A DNA stretch of 64,000 bases from an uncultured delta proteobacterium (GCA_963806225.1 CAWDXG010000003.1:224001-288000), one strand, 5' to 3'. Shown: positions 1 through 11,163, numbered from the stretch's first letter. Numbers and translations: made by a program. The notes: a model not told the origin generated them from the sequence alone.

Positions 1-480
1 CTGTTCGACTCGATGAACTGCGCCGAGAACGTCGCGCTGCCGCTACGCAAGCACAAGGGCATGAGCCCGAAAGAGGCCCTGGCCGAGGCGCGCCGGCTGC
101 TCGGGCAGGTCCACATGCAGGACTTCGCCGATCGCTTCCCGGCCGAGCTCGGCGACGGCATGCGCAAGCGCGTGGCGATCGCACGCGCGCTGACACTCGA
201 CCCGCGCTACGTGCTGTTCGACGAGCCGACGACCAGCCTCGACCCGGTGAGCGCACGGCGCGTCGACCGGCTGATCCGCGAGCTCAGCGACACGCTGGGC
301 GTCACGAGCATCGTGGTGTCCCACGACCTCGTCTCCATCTTCACGATCGCGGACCGGATTGTCATGCTGTACAAGGGACATGTGAAGCTCCTCGGACTTC
401 CGGGGGACTTCCGTTCATCGGAGGACGGCGTCATCCAGCAGTTCATCAACGGCCGGGCCGAAGGCCCGATGGACAACTGA
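1..480 (+). CDS. mlaF: ABC transporter ATP-binding protein, MlaF/Mkl family (5' truncated by window edge)
   Basis: Variant ABC signature LGDGMRKRVAIARAL, Walker B VLFDEPT, H-loop VSHD; directly upstream of an MCE gene. Confidence 0.85.
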   Translation: MFDSMNCAENVALPLRKHKGMSPKEALAEARRLLGQVHMQDFADRFPAELGDGMRKRVAIARALTLDPRYVLFDEPTTSLDPVSARRVDRLIRELSDTLGVTSIVVSHDLVSIFTIADRIVMLYKGHVKLLGLPGDFRSSEDGVIQQFINGRAEGPMDN

Positions 481-499
481 GAGGAAGAGCAGAAAACCC

Positions 500-1522
500 A
501 TGAGCCAACGTTCGATCGAGGTCAAGGTCGGGGCTCTGATCCTCATCGCCCTGGTGCTGCTGGGCGGGTTCATCGTGATCATGGGCGGGCTCAGCTTCGA
601 ACCGACCTACACGGTCTACGTGGACTTCGAGAACCCTGGTGGGCTGCAGTCGGGGGCGCCGGTGCGGATTGCGGGCGTCAAGGTCGGCCGCGTCTCGGAG
701 ATGCAGTTCCGCGGCGACAAGCTGAACCCGAAGACGCACGAGGCCGTACCGCCGATCCGCGTGGTAGCGAAGATCGAGAAGCGCTACCAGGACGCCATCC
801 ACGAAAACGCACGCTGGTACGTCACCAGCCAGGGTGTGCTCGGCGAGATGTTCCTGGCGGTCGAGCCGGGCTCGAGCGATCAGCCGGTGGTCAAGGACGG
901 AGCCCACGTAATGGGCGTGAGCCCGCCCCGGCTCGACCTGCTGCTCGCCGAGAGCTACGAGCTATTGCACAAGGCGTACAAGGGCATCACCGACCACCAG
1001 AAGGAGATCAGCGAGACCTTCGACGGGCTTCACGACACGCTCAAGGGGACGGGCGACTTTTTCAAGCACAACAACAAGAAGCTCGACGGCATCGTCGACA
1101 ACGTGAACAACATCACGGTCGACGCCGACGACACGATCAAGTCCGCACGCAAGCAGTACGTGGACGGGCCGCAGGTCAAGCGCATCATGAACAACGTCGA
1201 TCAGACGACGAGCACCCTGAACAAGAACCTCGGTCCGCTGATGACCGATGGGCGGCAGGTGCTGGGCGACGCGAAGAAGCTGACCGGCGCGCTGGCGAGC
1301 AACGACCAGCTCTCGAAGTACAAGAAGATCACCGGCGACATCAGCGCAACGACGGGGCGGGCCAAGCTGGCGGCGGCGGACGCGCAGTCGATCGTGGCGC
1401 ACATCAAGCGCGGCAAGGGGACCGTCGGGGCGCTGGTGATGGACGAGTCGATCTACGACGACCTGCAGGAGATGCTCCGCGATCTGAAGCACAACCCCTG
1501 GAAGTTCTTCTGGCGCCAATAA
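500..1522 (+). CDS. mlaD: MlaD/MCE family protein
   Basis: N-terminal TM (EVKVGALILIALVLL), MCE motif GLQSGAPVRIAGVKVGRV, helical C-terminus ending KHNPWKFFW. Confidence 0.85.
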   Translation: MSQRSIEVKVGALILIALVLLGGFIVIMGGLSFEPTYTVYVDFENPGGLQSGAPVRIAGVKVGRVSEMQFRGDKLNPKTHEAVPPIRVVAKIEKRYQDAIHENARWYVTSQGVLGEMFLAVEPGSSDQPVVKDGAHVMGVSPPRLDLLLAESYELLHKAYKGITDHQKEISETFDGLHDTLKGTGDFFKHNNKKLDGIVDNVNNITVDADDTIKSARKQYVDGPQVKRIMNNVDQTTSTLNKNLGPLMTDGRQVLGDAKKLTGALASNDQLSKYKKITGDISATTGRAKLAAADAQSIVAHIKRGKGTVGALVMDESIYDDLQEMLRDLKHNPWKFFWRQ

Positions 1523-1575
1523 GAGCCGGCCGCGCTAGGCCGTAACCCACGCCGCGGAGCGCGGTCGATCGCGGC

Positions 1576-2100
1576 TCAGCCGCTTCCGGCGTCCTGGATC
1601 GAGCCGCCGGTGCCACCCGAGCCGCCGGTGCCCGAGCCGCCGGTGCCCGTGCCACCCGAGCCGCCGGTGCCGGTGCCACCCGAGCCGCCGGTGCCCGTGC
1701 CACCCGAGCCGCCGGTGCCCGTGCCGCCCGAGCCGCCGGTGCCCGTGCCGCCCGAGCCACCGGTGCCGGTGCCGCCGCTGCCGCCCGAACCGCCAGCGCT
1801 TGTACCGCCGCTGCCGCCGGTGCTCGTCGAACCCCCAGCGCCGCCGGTTCCGGTCGAGCCGTCGCCGCCGCCCCCGTCGGCCGAGCCATCTGGCGGAGGA
1901 CCGGAAGGGCCATCCTCGGTAGAGACGATCTTGTTCACGTCGTTGCTGCAGGCGCCCTGGATGCAGACCAGCCCCGCCTGGCAGTCGTCCGCGCGGAAGC
2001 AGTCCGCTCCGGCGCCCCCCAGCTTCTGGGGCCCGCCGCAGGACCAGGTGAACAGCAGCGCAGCGCCCAGCAGAGATGCCGCCGCTGATCGCTGCCTCAC
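1576..2100 (-). CDS. Cys-rich lipoprotein with Gly/Thr/Ser repeat tail
   Basis: Signal peptide with lipobox-like TWSC, C-x5-C-x5-C-x4-C module, (GGTGTGGS)n tail. Confidence 0.65.
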   Translation of the reverse strand: MRQRSAAASLLGAALLFTWSCGGPQKLGGAGADCFRADDCQAGLVCIQGACSNDVNKIVSTEDGPSGPPPDGSADGGGGDGSTGTGGAGGSTSTGGSGGTSAGGSGGSGGTGTGGSGGTGTGGSGGTGTGGSGGTGTGGSGGTGTGGSGGTGTGGSGTGGSGGTGGSIQDAGSG

Positions 2101-2186
2101 GTGTTTTCCTACCCACGCCCGTCACCTACAAAGCATCAATTCGCTGGCTATCGTGCCATGGAACGCGGCGGGTTGCACTGGGCCGA

Positions 2187-2402
2187 CTACTCCAGGGTGA
2201 GCAGGACATCGCCTTCCTCGACGGCCTGCCCTTCGCTGACGACGATGGTCGCCACCTTGCCCGCGTCCGGTGCTTCGACCGGCATCTCCATCTTCATCGA
2301 CTCGAGGATGACGACGGTCTGTTCCTCCTCGACCTGGTCGCCCGGCTTGACTTCTATCTTCCAGACCGTCCCGGTGATGTGAGCGCACACGTCCACTGGC
2401 AT
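2187..2402 (-). CDS. Stand-alone biotin carboxyl carrier (biotinyl-domain) protein
   Basis: ESMKME biotinylation motif; GTVWKIEVKPGDQV and VSEGQAVEEGDVL. Confidence 0.85.
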   Translation of the reverse strand: MPVDVCAHITGTVWKIEVKPGDQVEEEQTVVILESMKMEMPVEAPDAGKVATIVVSEGQAVEEGDVLLTLE

Positions 2403-2688
2403 GCCGCGCACTCTACACTGGCGGGGCCGGCGTCGGGCGGGGTTGTGGTCCGGAAGCTCACATACCAGCCGGTATGTGCCGACCGTGGCGGATCGCCACC
2501 CAAGCCCGGCCGCCGGCGCGTGTCGGATCCGACAGCGACTTGGACTGGGCTATCGCGGCGACTTGGATTACCATTTCGCCGAGCCGACCCCGTTGACGAA
2601 ATCGCTGCCCGGGTTGGTATGCGCGTACGCGCCGATACCCAGCGACAAACGCCCAATCGGAACGCTGCCGCACCGAGGAAAATCGCTC

Positions 2689-3448
2689 ATGGCCGAACAG
2701 AAGGAAAGCTCGGTTCTCTTCTCCCTCAAGGAGCTGATGAACCTCGAGGAAGACCGCATCAAGCAGGAAGAGAGCGAGAAGGAGGCCGCCGCCCGCCAAG
2801 AGGCCGAGGCGAAGGCCGCCGCTGAGCGCGCCAGCCCGCGAGGCCGAGGAAGCCCGGCTTCGCCAGCGCCGAGGAACAGCGCCGGATGGAGGAGCAGCGC
2901 CGGCGCGAGGAAGAAGCGCGTCTCGAAGCGATGCGCCAGGCGGAGATCGAGAAGGCCCGCGCCGAGGCGGAACACCGTGCGCGCATGGAGGCGCTCACCT
3001 CGCAGCAGGCGCACGAGCAGGAGCTCGCCAAGCACAAGCCGACAAGCACAAGAAGCGCCTGCAGATCACCATCGGCGTCGTGTCCGCAGTGCTCGTGATC
3101 GGCGGCATCACGACCGCCGTCCTGGTCGTCAAGCACAACCAGGAGCAGGAAAAGAAAGCCGCCCAGCTCGAGGCGCAGCGCCAGGCGACCGAGGCGAAGC
3201 TCAACAAGCTGCAGAGCGCGAGTTCGAGGACGCGCGCAAGAAGGAAACCCAGCTCCGCAAGACCCTGGCCAACGCCAAGGACGAAGCCGAGCGCGCGAAG
3301 ATCGAGGCGCAGCTGGCCAAGGCCAGGAAGGAGCGCGAACAGGCCGGCCGCGCGCTCAGGACGAGCGGAGGCAGCGGCGGCTCGAAGAAGTCGGCCGCGC
3401 CGGCGAAGAAGTGTCCGCCCGGCGATCCGCATGTGCGGTACGCTCTGA
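2689..3448 (+). CDS. Myxobacterial coiled-coil single-TM protein, broken by several frameshifts (probably sequencing indels)
   Basis: Starts MAEQKESSVLFSLKELMNLEEDRI; E/A/R coiled-coil pieces across frames, TM segment, C-terminal CPPGDP-MCGTL stop. Confidence 0.6.
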
Positions 3449-3452
3449 GCGC

Positions 3453-4206
3453 GTGACGCCCAACGAAACCCCGGATCCCACGGCGGATCCGCGCCGCCGG
3501 CTCGCTTTCGCGCTCGACTATCCCACGCTCGACGAAGCGCGGCGTGGGGCCGAGGCGGTACGCGCCTCGGCGGGCGTGCTCAAGGTCGGGCTGGAGCTGT
3601 TCGTCCGCGAAGGCCCGCCCGCCGTGCGGCTAGGACCCGCACTGGGCTGCCAGGTCTTCCTCGATCTGAAGCTCCACGACATCCCGAAAACGGTCGACCG
3701 CGCCGTGGGCGTGGCCTCTGGACTCGGCGTCCGCTATCTGACGCTGCACGCCGCCGGCGGCCCCCACATGCTGGAGCAGGCGGCAAAGCGCGCCGATCGC
3801 GAAGGGACCGAGCTGGTGCTGCTGGCCGTGACGGTGCTCACCTCGCTGGACGCCGCGGATCTGCACGCCACCGGCGTGAACGACGCGCCCGGGGCGCACG
3901 CGCTCAGGCTGGCCCGACTGGCGCGCTCGGCCGGCGTGCCGGGGCTGGTGTGCTCCAGCGCCGAGGTGGGCCCTGCTCCGGCGGGAGCTCGGGCCCGATG
4001 CAGTGCTGGTGACGCCGGGGATCCGCCCAGCGGGCTCCGGCGGGGACGACCAGAAGCGGACCGGCACGCCCGGCGGCGCCATCCGCGACGGCTCGAGCAT
4101 CCTGGTGGTCGGCCGCCCCATCCGCGACGCCGCGGACCCCGCAGCCGCTGCCCGGGCCATCGTGGACGAGATCGCCGAGGCGCAGCGTGAAGCGACAGCC
4201 CGCTAG
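3453..4206 (+). CDS. pyrF: Orotidine-5'-phosphate decarboxylase (frameshift near 3970)
   Basis: [32 protein letters not shown], then in a second frame [18 protein letters not shown]. Confidence 0.92.
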
Positions 4207-4936
4207 CGAGGGGCGCCTGGTTGCGGGCCTGCAGCCCGTCCGCGAGGCGATCCGTGTGCACGGCGCGGCCCTTTCGCGCGTGGCGGTCGATTCGCGGGAG
4301 CTGCCGCGGCTGGACGCCGTGGCACGCTTCGCCCAGGACCGCGGCGTGGAGCGCATCGATCGGCTGCCACGCCGCGAGCTGGAGCGGCTGAGCGGCGGGG
4401 TCTCGCACCAGGGCGTGCTGGCCTGGGCGCCCGCGCTGGTGCTCGCCGAGCCGGCTTCGGTGCTGGATGATCCGGCGCTTCTGGCACTGGCCCTCGACGG
4501 CATCCAGGATCCGCAGAACTTCGGCGCGCTGATCCGCAGCGCCGTCGGTCTGGCCAGCGCGCCGGTGCTGTGGGGCGAGCACGCCTCGGCGCCGCTGGGC
4601 ACGGCGACCTTCCGGGCCTCGGCCGGGGCCATCGAGCACGCGACGCTCTGCCGGGTCAGGTCGCTGGCCGGCACATTGGCCGACGCGGCCGGGCGCGGGG
4701 CGCAGGTCGTCGGGCTCGACCCGCAGGCTCCGGTCCGGCTCTGCGATCTGGATCTGACCGGACCCACCCTGCTGGTGATCGGCAGCGAGCACGAAGGGCT
4801 CGGCCGCGCCGTGCGACGCGCCTGCACCGCTCACGCCCAGCTGGTCCCCCGCGGGCCTATCGACTCGCTCAACGCATCGGTCGCCGCGGGCATTGCGCTG
4901 TACGAGGCCGTCACCCAGCGGCTGCGCACGCGCTGA
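4187..4936 (+). CDS. TrmH/SpoU family RNA 2'-O-methyltransferase (RlmB-like)
   Basis: [44 protein letters not shown]. Confidence 0.9.
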   Translation: MKRQPASEGRLVAGLQPVREAIRVHGAALSRVAVDSRELPRLDAVARFAQDRGVERIDRLPRRELERLSGGVSHQGVLAWAPALVLAEPASVLDDPALLALALDGIQDPQNFGALIRSAVGLASAPVLWGEHASAPLGTATFRASAGAIEHATLCRVRSLAGTLADAAGRGAQVVGLDPQAPVRLCDLDLTGPTLLVIGSEHEGLGRAVRRACTAHAQLVPRGPIDSLNASVAAGIALYEAVTQRLRTR

Positions 4937-5161
4937 ACGATTTCCTGTTTCCACACAGGTGGTTGTGCGCGAGAGCTCCAGCTCTGCACGAAGCGCGCGC
5001 GTGCTGCTGAACACCTGTCACGCGTGCGCGGCCCCCTGCTCTATTGAATGGAACAGCCGGGATCGCGCGGACGTGCTCCGATTAGCCCAACGATTCCGAG
5101 TGAGTCGACCGGGAGTGCGAGGTGACCGGTGCGGGACATGGAACCCGCTTCATCCATCACC

Positions 5162-6292
5162 TCAGACACTGGAGTCACGACCGCCAAGTACCCGTAAGAA
5201 CGCATCAATCGCGCCACGGACCTGTTCGGGCCCGGAGCCGTCTCCGAGGCTCACGCGAAGGGCCGAGCTTCCGCGCTCTCTTCCGAGCATCGCGCTGATC
5301 ACGCCGGACGGCTCGGAGCTGCCGGCGCTGCACGCGCTGCCGCTCGACACGCGCACTCCGCAGAGGTCGAGGGCGGCGACCAGCTCGTCCCCACGCCAGC
5401 CACGGAACGACTGGTTGCTGACGTGCGGCAGCCGCGGCGCATCGGCCCCGTTCGGCTCGGCGAACGCCGAGAGCTCCGACTCCAGCTCGTCGCGCAGGAC
5501 GGCAAGCTCCTGGTAGCGGGCCGGCCCATCCAGCGCCAGCTCGAGGGCGGCGCCCAGGCCGGCGGCCAATGCCGCGTCCGGTGTCCCCGGACGCAGGCCG
5601 CGCTCCTGCGACCCGCCCAGCAGCAGCGGCTCCGGCGCAGGGCCGCGCCAGGCCAGGACCCCGATGCCCTTGGGGCCGCGCATCTTGTGGCCGGCCAGCG
5701 CGATGCTGTCGGCCATTCGCCAGCGCTCGGCCGGCAGCTTGGCCAGCGCCTGGACCGCATCGACGTGCAGCCGTGCTCCGGCCGCGTGCACCCGCTCGGC
5801 GACTTCGGCGACGGGCTGGATCACGCCCGTCTCGTGGTTGGCCGCCATCAGCGCCACCACCGAACCGGCGGGCAGCCGGGTGAGCGCTTCGCCCACGGCT
5901 TCGGGCTCGATGCGGCCCGAGGGCGGTACCGGCAGCCACTCCACGGGGCGGCCCTGCGCGGCGAGCAGCTCCGCCACGCGGATCACCGACGGGTGCTCGA
6001 TGCGGCTGGTTGCCAGGCCCGGTGCCGAGCGCAGGGCCAGGTTGTTGGCCTCGGTGCCGCCGGAGCAGAACAGCACGTCGCGTGGATGCAGCTCGAGCAG
6101 CCCGGCGACGGCTTCGCGCGTCTCTTCCAGCACGGCGCGGGCACGGCGTCCGGCGGCGTGGACGCTGGACGGATTGCCCCAGGCGTTGCGTGCCGCCTTC
6201 TGCATCGCCTCGAGCACCCGCGGATGCGGCGGCGTCGTCGCGTTCCAATCGAGATAGATCTCGGTTTCCATCCCGCCCGTCCCCTGGCTCAT
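5162..6292 (-). CDS. Cysteine desulfurase (IscS/NifS family)
   Basis: IYLDWNATTP, GNPSSVH, SGGTEANN, HVDAVQ, GHKMRGPKG (PLP Lys), SSGSACS catalytic Cys. Confidence 0.92.
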   Translation of the reverse strand: MSQGTGGMETEIYLDWNATTPPHPRVLEAMQKAARNAWGNPSSVHAAGRRARAVLEETREAVAGLLELHPRDVLFCSGGTEANNLALRSAPGLATSRIEHPSVIRVAELLAAQGRPVEWLPVPPSGRIEPEAVGEALTRLPAGSVVALMAANHETGVIQPVAEVAERVHAAGARLHVDAVQALAKLPAERWRMADSIALAGHKMRGPKGIGVLAWRGPAPEPLLLGGSQERGLRPGTPDAALAAGLGAALELALDGPARYQELAVLRDELESELSAFAEPNGADAPRLPHVSNQSFRGWRGDELVAALDLCGVRVSSGSACSAGSSEPSGVISAMLGRERGSSALRVSLGDGSGPEQVRGAIDAFLRVLGGRDSSV

Positions 6293-7512
6293 GCCGGCCG
6301 CGAGCGCTCCGGCGCGGGGGCCCGCGAAGGCACCACCAGATAGAACGCCGCGCCGCCCAGCCGATGCCCGTCGATCTGCTCGTCGGCCGGCGAGATCACG
6401 CGCACATCGCCGCCGTGACCGCGCGCCACGCCGCGCACGATCGCCAGCCCCACCCCGGTCCCGCCGTACGCCCGCGTCGGCGAGCCATCGGCCTGGAAGA
6501 AGGGGTCGAACAGCCGCGCCGCCTTGTCCGCCGAGACGCCGGGGCCCGTGTCCGCGACGCACACCTCGAAGTGTCCGGAGATGAGCAGCCGCACCCGCAC
6601 ACCCACCGCTCCGCCTGCGGGCGTGAACTTGGCGGCGTTGTCCAGCAGCTGATCCAGCGCCCGCCCCAGGCGATCCGGATCCCCCCAGCCGGACAGCGGT
6701 ACCGCCGGCAGCTCCGATACCAGGCTCACGTCGTGCTCGGCGAAACGGGCGGCGTTCCGCTGCAGCACGCTCTTCGTCAGGTCCAGCAGGTCGTAGTCGC
6801 GATGCATGAAGCGCATGCGCCCCGTCTCGAGACCCGTCACGTCGAGCAGGTTGTCGATGAGCCCCCTCAGCCGCTGCACGCAGTCGTCCATCGCCGCCAG
6901 CGACTTCTTCTGCGCCGCGGAGATCGGACCGAGCTCGCCGTCCGACAGAAGCCTGACGTAGCCGACGATCGGCGTCATCGGCGTCGCCAACTCGTGGGAG
7001 ATGTTCCGGTAGAACTCCTTGCGCGCGTGATCGAGCTCGCGCAGCTGCGCGTTCGCTGCGCTGAGCTCTGCGATCTTCTGCTCTAGATGGCCGACGATGC
7101 GCTGGCTCTGCAGCCTGAGGTGCTGGCCCGTCTGGTCTGGAGACGTGGTCTCGCGGCGCCCTCCGAGATAGCCCTCGACCGTGCTCGCGAACGAACGCGC
7201 ATCGATCGGCTTCTGCAGAAACCCGTCGCAACCCACCGCGAGGCTGGCGTCGCGGCTGCCCTCGGCGGTGATGGCGACGATCGGCACGCCGCGCATCTGC
7301 GCTTCAGAGCGCAGGCGCAGCGTGACCTCGTAGCCGTCGAGTCCCGGGATGGCGATGTCGACCAGCACCAGATCCGGCCGCTCGCTGCGTGCCTTGCGGA
7401 TCCCCTCGAGTCCGTCGACAGCGTCGATGACCTCGAAGCCCGCGGGCGCCAGCAGCTTCCGGACGAGCAGCCGATTGGCGGGGTCGTCCTCGATGTGAAG
7501 GATTCGGCGCAC
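6289..7512 (-). CDS. Hybrid receiver-histidine kinase
   Basis: N-terminal REC (HIEDD, LVDI, KP), H-box SHELATPMT, N-box LLDNAAKF, G-boxes DTGPG and GGTGVGL. Confidence 0.9.
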   Translation of the reverse strand: MRRILHIEDDPANRLLVRKLLAPAGFEVIDAVDGLEGIRKARSERPDLVLVDIAIPGLDGYEVTLRLRSEAQMRGVPIVAITAEGSRDASLAVGCDGFLQKPIDARSFASTVEGYLGGRRETTSPDQTGQHLRLQSQRIVGHLEQKIAELSAANAQLRELDHARKEFYRNISHELATPMTPIVGYVRLLSDGELGPISAAQKKSLAAMDDCVQRLRGLIDNLLDVTGLETGRMRFMHRDYDLLDLTKSVLQRNAARFAEHDVSLVSELPAVPLSGWGDPDRLGRALDQLLDNAAKFTPAGGAVGVRVRLLISGHFEVCVADTGPGVSADKAARLFDPFFQADGSPTRAYGGTGVGLAIVRGVARGHGGDVRVISPADEQIDGHRLGGAAFYLVVPSRAPAPERSRPA

Positions 7513-7630
7513 CTGGCAGCTATTTTTTCCTGCTTTGGGTCGCTCCGCAAGCACGCTGTCGCCCCGGGCGAGCGGGCAACAACGAAAAGCGCGCTTGAAT
7601 CCCGCGCCAGGAACGCCCTACGAAGAGGCA

Positions 7631-8164
7631 ATGAACGCACGATACCTCCTGCCGTTGGCGGGGCTCGTCGCCCTGACGGCCTGCGCCGCCCGGACCGCCG
7701 GTGGAGTACGGCTCGGTGAGGTCGGCGCAGGCCGTCAGGGCGACGCGAACACCGGCGCAGCGACCGCGGAGAATGCGCCGGCACCGGCGCCAACACCCGC
7801 TCCGGCTCCGGCTCCGGCCCCGCAGCCCCAGCCCGCGGCCGAGCAGTCGATCAGCGCGTCCCACATCCTGATCGCCTACAAGGGCGCGATGCGCGCCAAA
7901 CCGGACGTGACGCGCACCAAGATCCAGGCGAGGCAGCTCGCCACCCGGATCGACGCCCGCGCGAAGCAGGGGGAGGATTTCGCTACGCTGGCGAAGAAAT
8001 ACTCCGACGGGCCCAGCGGCCCGCGCGGCGGCGCGCTCGGCTCCTTCACCCGCGGGCGGATGGTCAAGCCGTTCTCCGATGCAGCGTTCGCCCTGAAGCC
8101 GGGCGGGGTCAGCGGGGTGGTCGAAACGCCGTTCGGGTTCCACATTATCAAGCGGACCCAATGA
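7631..8164 (+). CDS. Parvulin/PpiC-type peptidyl-prolyl isomerase lipoprotein
   Basis: Lipobox LTAC, Pro/Ala linker, ASHILI, FATLAKKYSD, GGALG, ETPFGFHII. Confidence 0.9.
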   Translation: MNARYLLPLAGLVALTACAARTAGGVRLGEVGAGRQGDANTGAATAENAPAPAPTPAPAPAPAPQPQPAAEQSISASHILIAYKGAMRAKPDVTRTKIQARQLATRIDARAKQGEDFATLAKKYSDGPSGPRGGALGSFTRGRMVKPFSDAAFALKPGGVSGVVETPFGFHIIKRTQ

Positions 8165-8177
8165 CCGTATCTACTTC

Positions 8178-8564
8178 GTGAGCGAAATCGAGCCTCCCCG
8201 CAAGCGCGTCATCATCGCCGAGGACGACCCGGCGATCGCGAGCCTGCTCGCACGCATGCTGCGGAACCTCTACGACGTCGTGATCGCCGAGGACGGGACG
8301 GGCGCGCTCGCCAAGGCCGGTACGCTCCCACCGCCGGACCTGCTGCTCCTCGACGTGATGATGCCGGGGCTCGACGGCTTCACGGTGGCGCAGCGCGTGC
8401 GGCTGCTGCCCGGGCTCGACAGAGTCCCGATCATCTTCATCACCGCCCGGGACGCTGCGCCGGACGTGATCAAGGGCATCCAGCTCGGCGCGCGCAACTA
8501 CATCACCAAGCCTTTCAAGCTCGACGACGTGCTCGACAAGGTGAAGAAGGTGCTGAGGCGCTAG
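8178..8564 (+). CDS. Single-domain response regulator
   Basis: IAEDD, LLDVMMPGLDG, FITA, YITKPF. Confidence 0.9.
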   Translation: MSEIEPPRKRVIIAEDDPAIASLLARMLRNLYDVVIAEDGTGALAKAGTLPPPDLLLLDVMMPGLDGFTVAQRVRLLPGLDRVPIIFITARDAAPDVIKGIQLGARNYITKPFKLDDVLDKVKKVLRR

Positions 8565-8590
8565 GCGAGGTTGACGGGCGCGCCGGAAGG

Positions 8591-10372
8591 GTGGAAAGAC
8601 AGCGCGTGACCACAGGCGACCAAGACGCCCCCGCGCCTGGCGAAGACAGCGCTTCGAGCCCCTCGCCGCCGGAAAGCAAGCCGGAAGACACCGACAACCC
8701 GGACGCCGCGGACACGGTCACGGACACGGACACGGACACGGAAGCAAGAGCCTCCACCGAGTCCGCCATCGAGCAGCCCCTCGGCTTCAAGGACGAGGTG
8801 CACCAGCCGCTGCTCGGCGGCCGCGCCGCCTACGGCCTCGCGTTCGTGTCCGGCTTCCTCTACTTCGTCGCCTTTCCGGGCGTCGATGTGTGGCCGCTGT
8901 CGTTCGTGGCGCTCGCGCCGCTCGTCGTCGCGCTGCGTGGCCAACGCCCCCGCCGGGCTGCCGGGCTCGGCTGGCTCGCGGGCTTCACGATGACGATGTT
9001 CGGCTTCTACTGGCTGTTGCCGATGCTGGAGCACTTCAGCGGCTTTTCCGCGCCGCTGTGCCTGCTCTTCATGGCCATCCTGTGCGGCTACCAGGCGGGC
9101 CGCATCGGACTGATGGGCTGGCTGTACGCGCGCGCCGAGGGGCGCGGCTGGCCGCCGGGGCCCGTGTTCGCGCTGGCCTTCATCGCCAGCGAGCTGGTCT
9201 ATCCGCTGCTGTTCACCTGGTACTTCGGCGCGACCGTGCACCAGGTGCCGGCGCTGGTGCAGGTGGCGGAGCTGGGCGGCCCAATCGCCGTCGCGCTCCC
9301 ACTGGTCGCGGCGAATCTCGCCATCGCGGAGCTCTTCATCGCGCGGCTCGAGAAGCGGGGGGTACGCTGGAAGATCGCCGCCGCGCTCGCCTCGGTGCCC
9401 GTCCTGGCCGCCGTCTACGGTGCGATCCGCATCCCCATGGTCGACGCCGCCGTCGCGGCCGCGCCCAAGGCGCGCGTCGGCGTGGTGCAGGCCAACATGA
9501 GCCTGATGGCCAAGCGCGAGGACGCGTCCGAGGGCCTGCGCCGGCACATGGAGCTGACGCACGAGCTGGAGAAAGAGGGCAAGCTCGACCTCGTGGTGTG
9601 GAGCGAGACCTCGGTGATGCGCGCGGTCAACGAGAAGCTCGCGCCCGTGCTCTACCGCATGCAGTTCACCCAGCGCCTCGGTGTGCCCGCCATCTTCGGC
9701 GGCGTGCTGGTTCGCGAGGTCGACGACGCGCGGCGCTACGTGCTTTTCAACTCGGCCCTGGCCAGCGACAAGTCGGGGGACATCGTCGGACGCTACGACA
9801 AGCAGTTCCTGCTGGCGTTCGGCGAGTATCTGCCGTTCGGCAACGTCTTTCCCAAGCTGTACGAGTGGTCGCCGAACTCGGGGCGCTTCACTCCCGGAAA
9901 GAGCTTCAAGCCGCTGCCGGTCGACGGGCACGAAGCGGGCGTCTTCATCTGCTACGAGGACATCAGCCCCGAGTTCGTCGACAAGATCGTCGACGCCGGC
10001 GATCCGGATCTACTCGTCAACATGACCAACGACGCCTGGTTCGGCGACAGCACCGAACCGTGGATCCACCTCGCACTCGCCGAGTTCCGCGCCGTCGAAC
10101 ACCGCCGCTACCTGGTCCGCTCCACCAACAGTGGAGTGAGCGCGTTCGTCGACCCGGTCGGGCGCGTCGTGGCCCACACGCAGACCTTCAAGGAGCAGGC
10201 GCTCGCCCACCAGATCGCCTGGCTGAAGGCGACGACGCCCTACGAGCTGTACGGCGACCTGCCCTGGTGGCTCGCCACCGCGGTCATCGCGCTCGGCGCG
10301 TTCGTCCGCCGGCCGGGGCGGAAAGCCAAGGGCCGGCTAGCCGACCCGCAACCGGACACGACGAAAGCGTGA
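8591..10372 (+). CDS. lnt: Apolipoprotein N-acyltransferase
   Basis: Multiple TMs, VVQAN, VWSET, YDKQFLLAFGEYLP, ICYED, NMTNDAWFG, RAVEHRRYLVRSTNSGVS; start uncertain. Confidence 0.93.
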   Translation: MERQRVTTGDQDAPAPGEDSASSPSPPESKPEDTDNPDAADTVTDTDTDTEARASTESAIEQPLGFKDEVHQPLLGGRAAYGLAFVSGFLYFVAFPGVDVWPLSFVALAPLVVALRGQRPRRAAGLGWLAGFTMTMFGFYWLLPMLEHFSGFSAPLCLLFMAILCGYQAGRIGLMGWLYARAEGRGWPPGPVFALAFIASELVYPLLFTWYFGATVHQVPALVQVAELGGPIAVALPLVAANLAIAELFIARLEKRGVRWKIAAALASVPVLAAVYGAIRIPMVDAAVAAAPKARVGVVQANMSLMAKREDASEGLRRHMELTHELEKEGKLDLVVWSETSVMRAVNEKLAPVLYRMQFTQRLGVPAIFGGVLVREVDDARRYVLFNSALASDKSGDIVGRYDKQFLLAFGEYLPFGNVFPKLYEWSPNSGRFTPGKSFKPLPVDGHEAGVFICYEDISPEFVDKIVDAGDPDLLVNMTNDAWFGDSTEPWIHLALAEFRAVEHRRYLVRSTNSGVSAFVDPVGRVVAHTQTFKEQALAHQIAWLKATTPYELYGDLPWWLATAVIALGAFVRRPGRKAKGRLADPQPDTTKA

Positions 10373-10632
10373 CGGCAGCCGAATAACGCCGGGCAACGCC
10401 CCGTCCATCCCTCGAACCGGCGGCACAGGCCGCGGGCGCGGATTGCTGGGCCATACCCGGGGAATTTCGCAATAGTCGACAACGTAGAAAATGGGCGGCA
10501 CTGCTGGCAGCTTGTGATGTCTGCCATCAGGCAAAGCGGGAGCGCTCTTGCCCGCCACGCAACTCCAGGTCAGAAGGTGAAGCTAGCTCAGTGCTTCTTG
10601 GGTTGTCAGGGGCACCAAAGGGAGAACCGACG

Positions 10633-11163
10633 ATGAAGATGAATGCTTGGATGAAGGTCGGAGCAATTGGCTTTGCGGCTTCGCTGTTCGCGGCGGGCTG
10701 CGTAGTGACCAGCACCACGGATAACGGTGACGGCGGATCCTTCGGTGGGTCCGGCGGCAGCACGGGCGGCAGCGGCGGCAGCACGGGCGGCACGGCCGGC
10801 ACCGGCGGCAGCGCGGGCGGCACGGCCGGCACCGGCGGCAGCACGGGCGGCACGGGCGGCGCCATCACCTGCAACCCGCAGGACCCGCAGAACAGCAAGT
10901 GCGACACCTGCATGCAGACCACCTGCTGCAACGAGTGGGAAGCCTGCCAGAACGACGCCACCTGCCGCACCGAGTTCGGTTGCATCAAGCAGTGCGTCGA
11001 CGCACAGCTCGCTTCCGATGGCGGCACGCCGGACGTGGCCAGCTGCGCCGGTCAGTGCGCCCAGGGCAGCGTCATCGTCCAGCAGACGAATGACCTCGTG
11101 GCCTGCGTGAAGAACACCGAGGCCGGCAGCAGCTGCGACTTCGACTGCTTCGGCGGCGGCTGA
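10633..11163 (+). CDS. Cys-rich lipoprotein with Gly/Thr linker
   Basis: RBS GGAG, lipobox FAAGC, GGSTGG repeats, CxxC/CC-rich C-terminal domain. Confidence 0.75.
   Translation: MKMNAWMKVGAIGFAASLFAAGCVVTSTTDNGDGGSFGGSGGSTGGSGGSTGGTAGTGGSAGGTAGTGGSTGGTGGAITCNPQDPQNSKCDTCMQTTCCNEWEACQNDATCRTEFGCIKQCVDAQLASDGGTPDVASCAGQCAQGSVIVQQTNDLVACVKNTEAGSSCDFDCFGGG

Noticed and set aside
4937..5161. oriC or parS cluster in the AT-richer gap between convergent genes
   Set aside because: Only partial matches (GTTTCCACA, TGGAAC); no full DnaA boxes or parS palindromes
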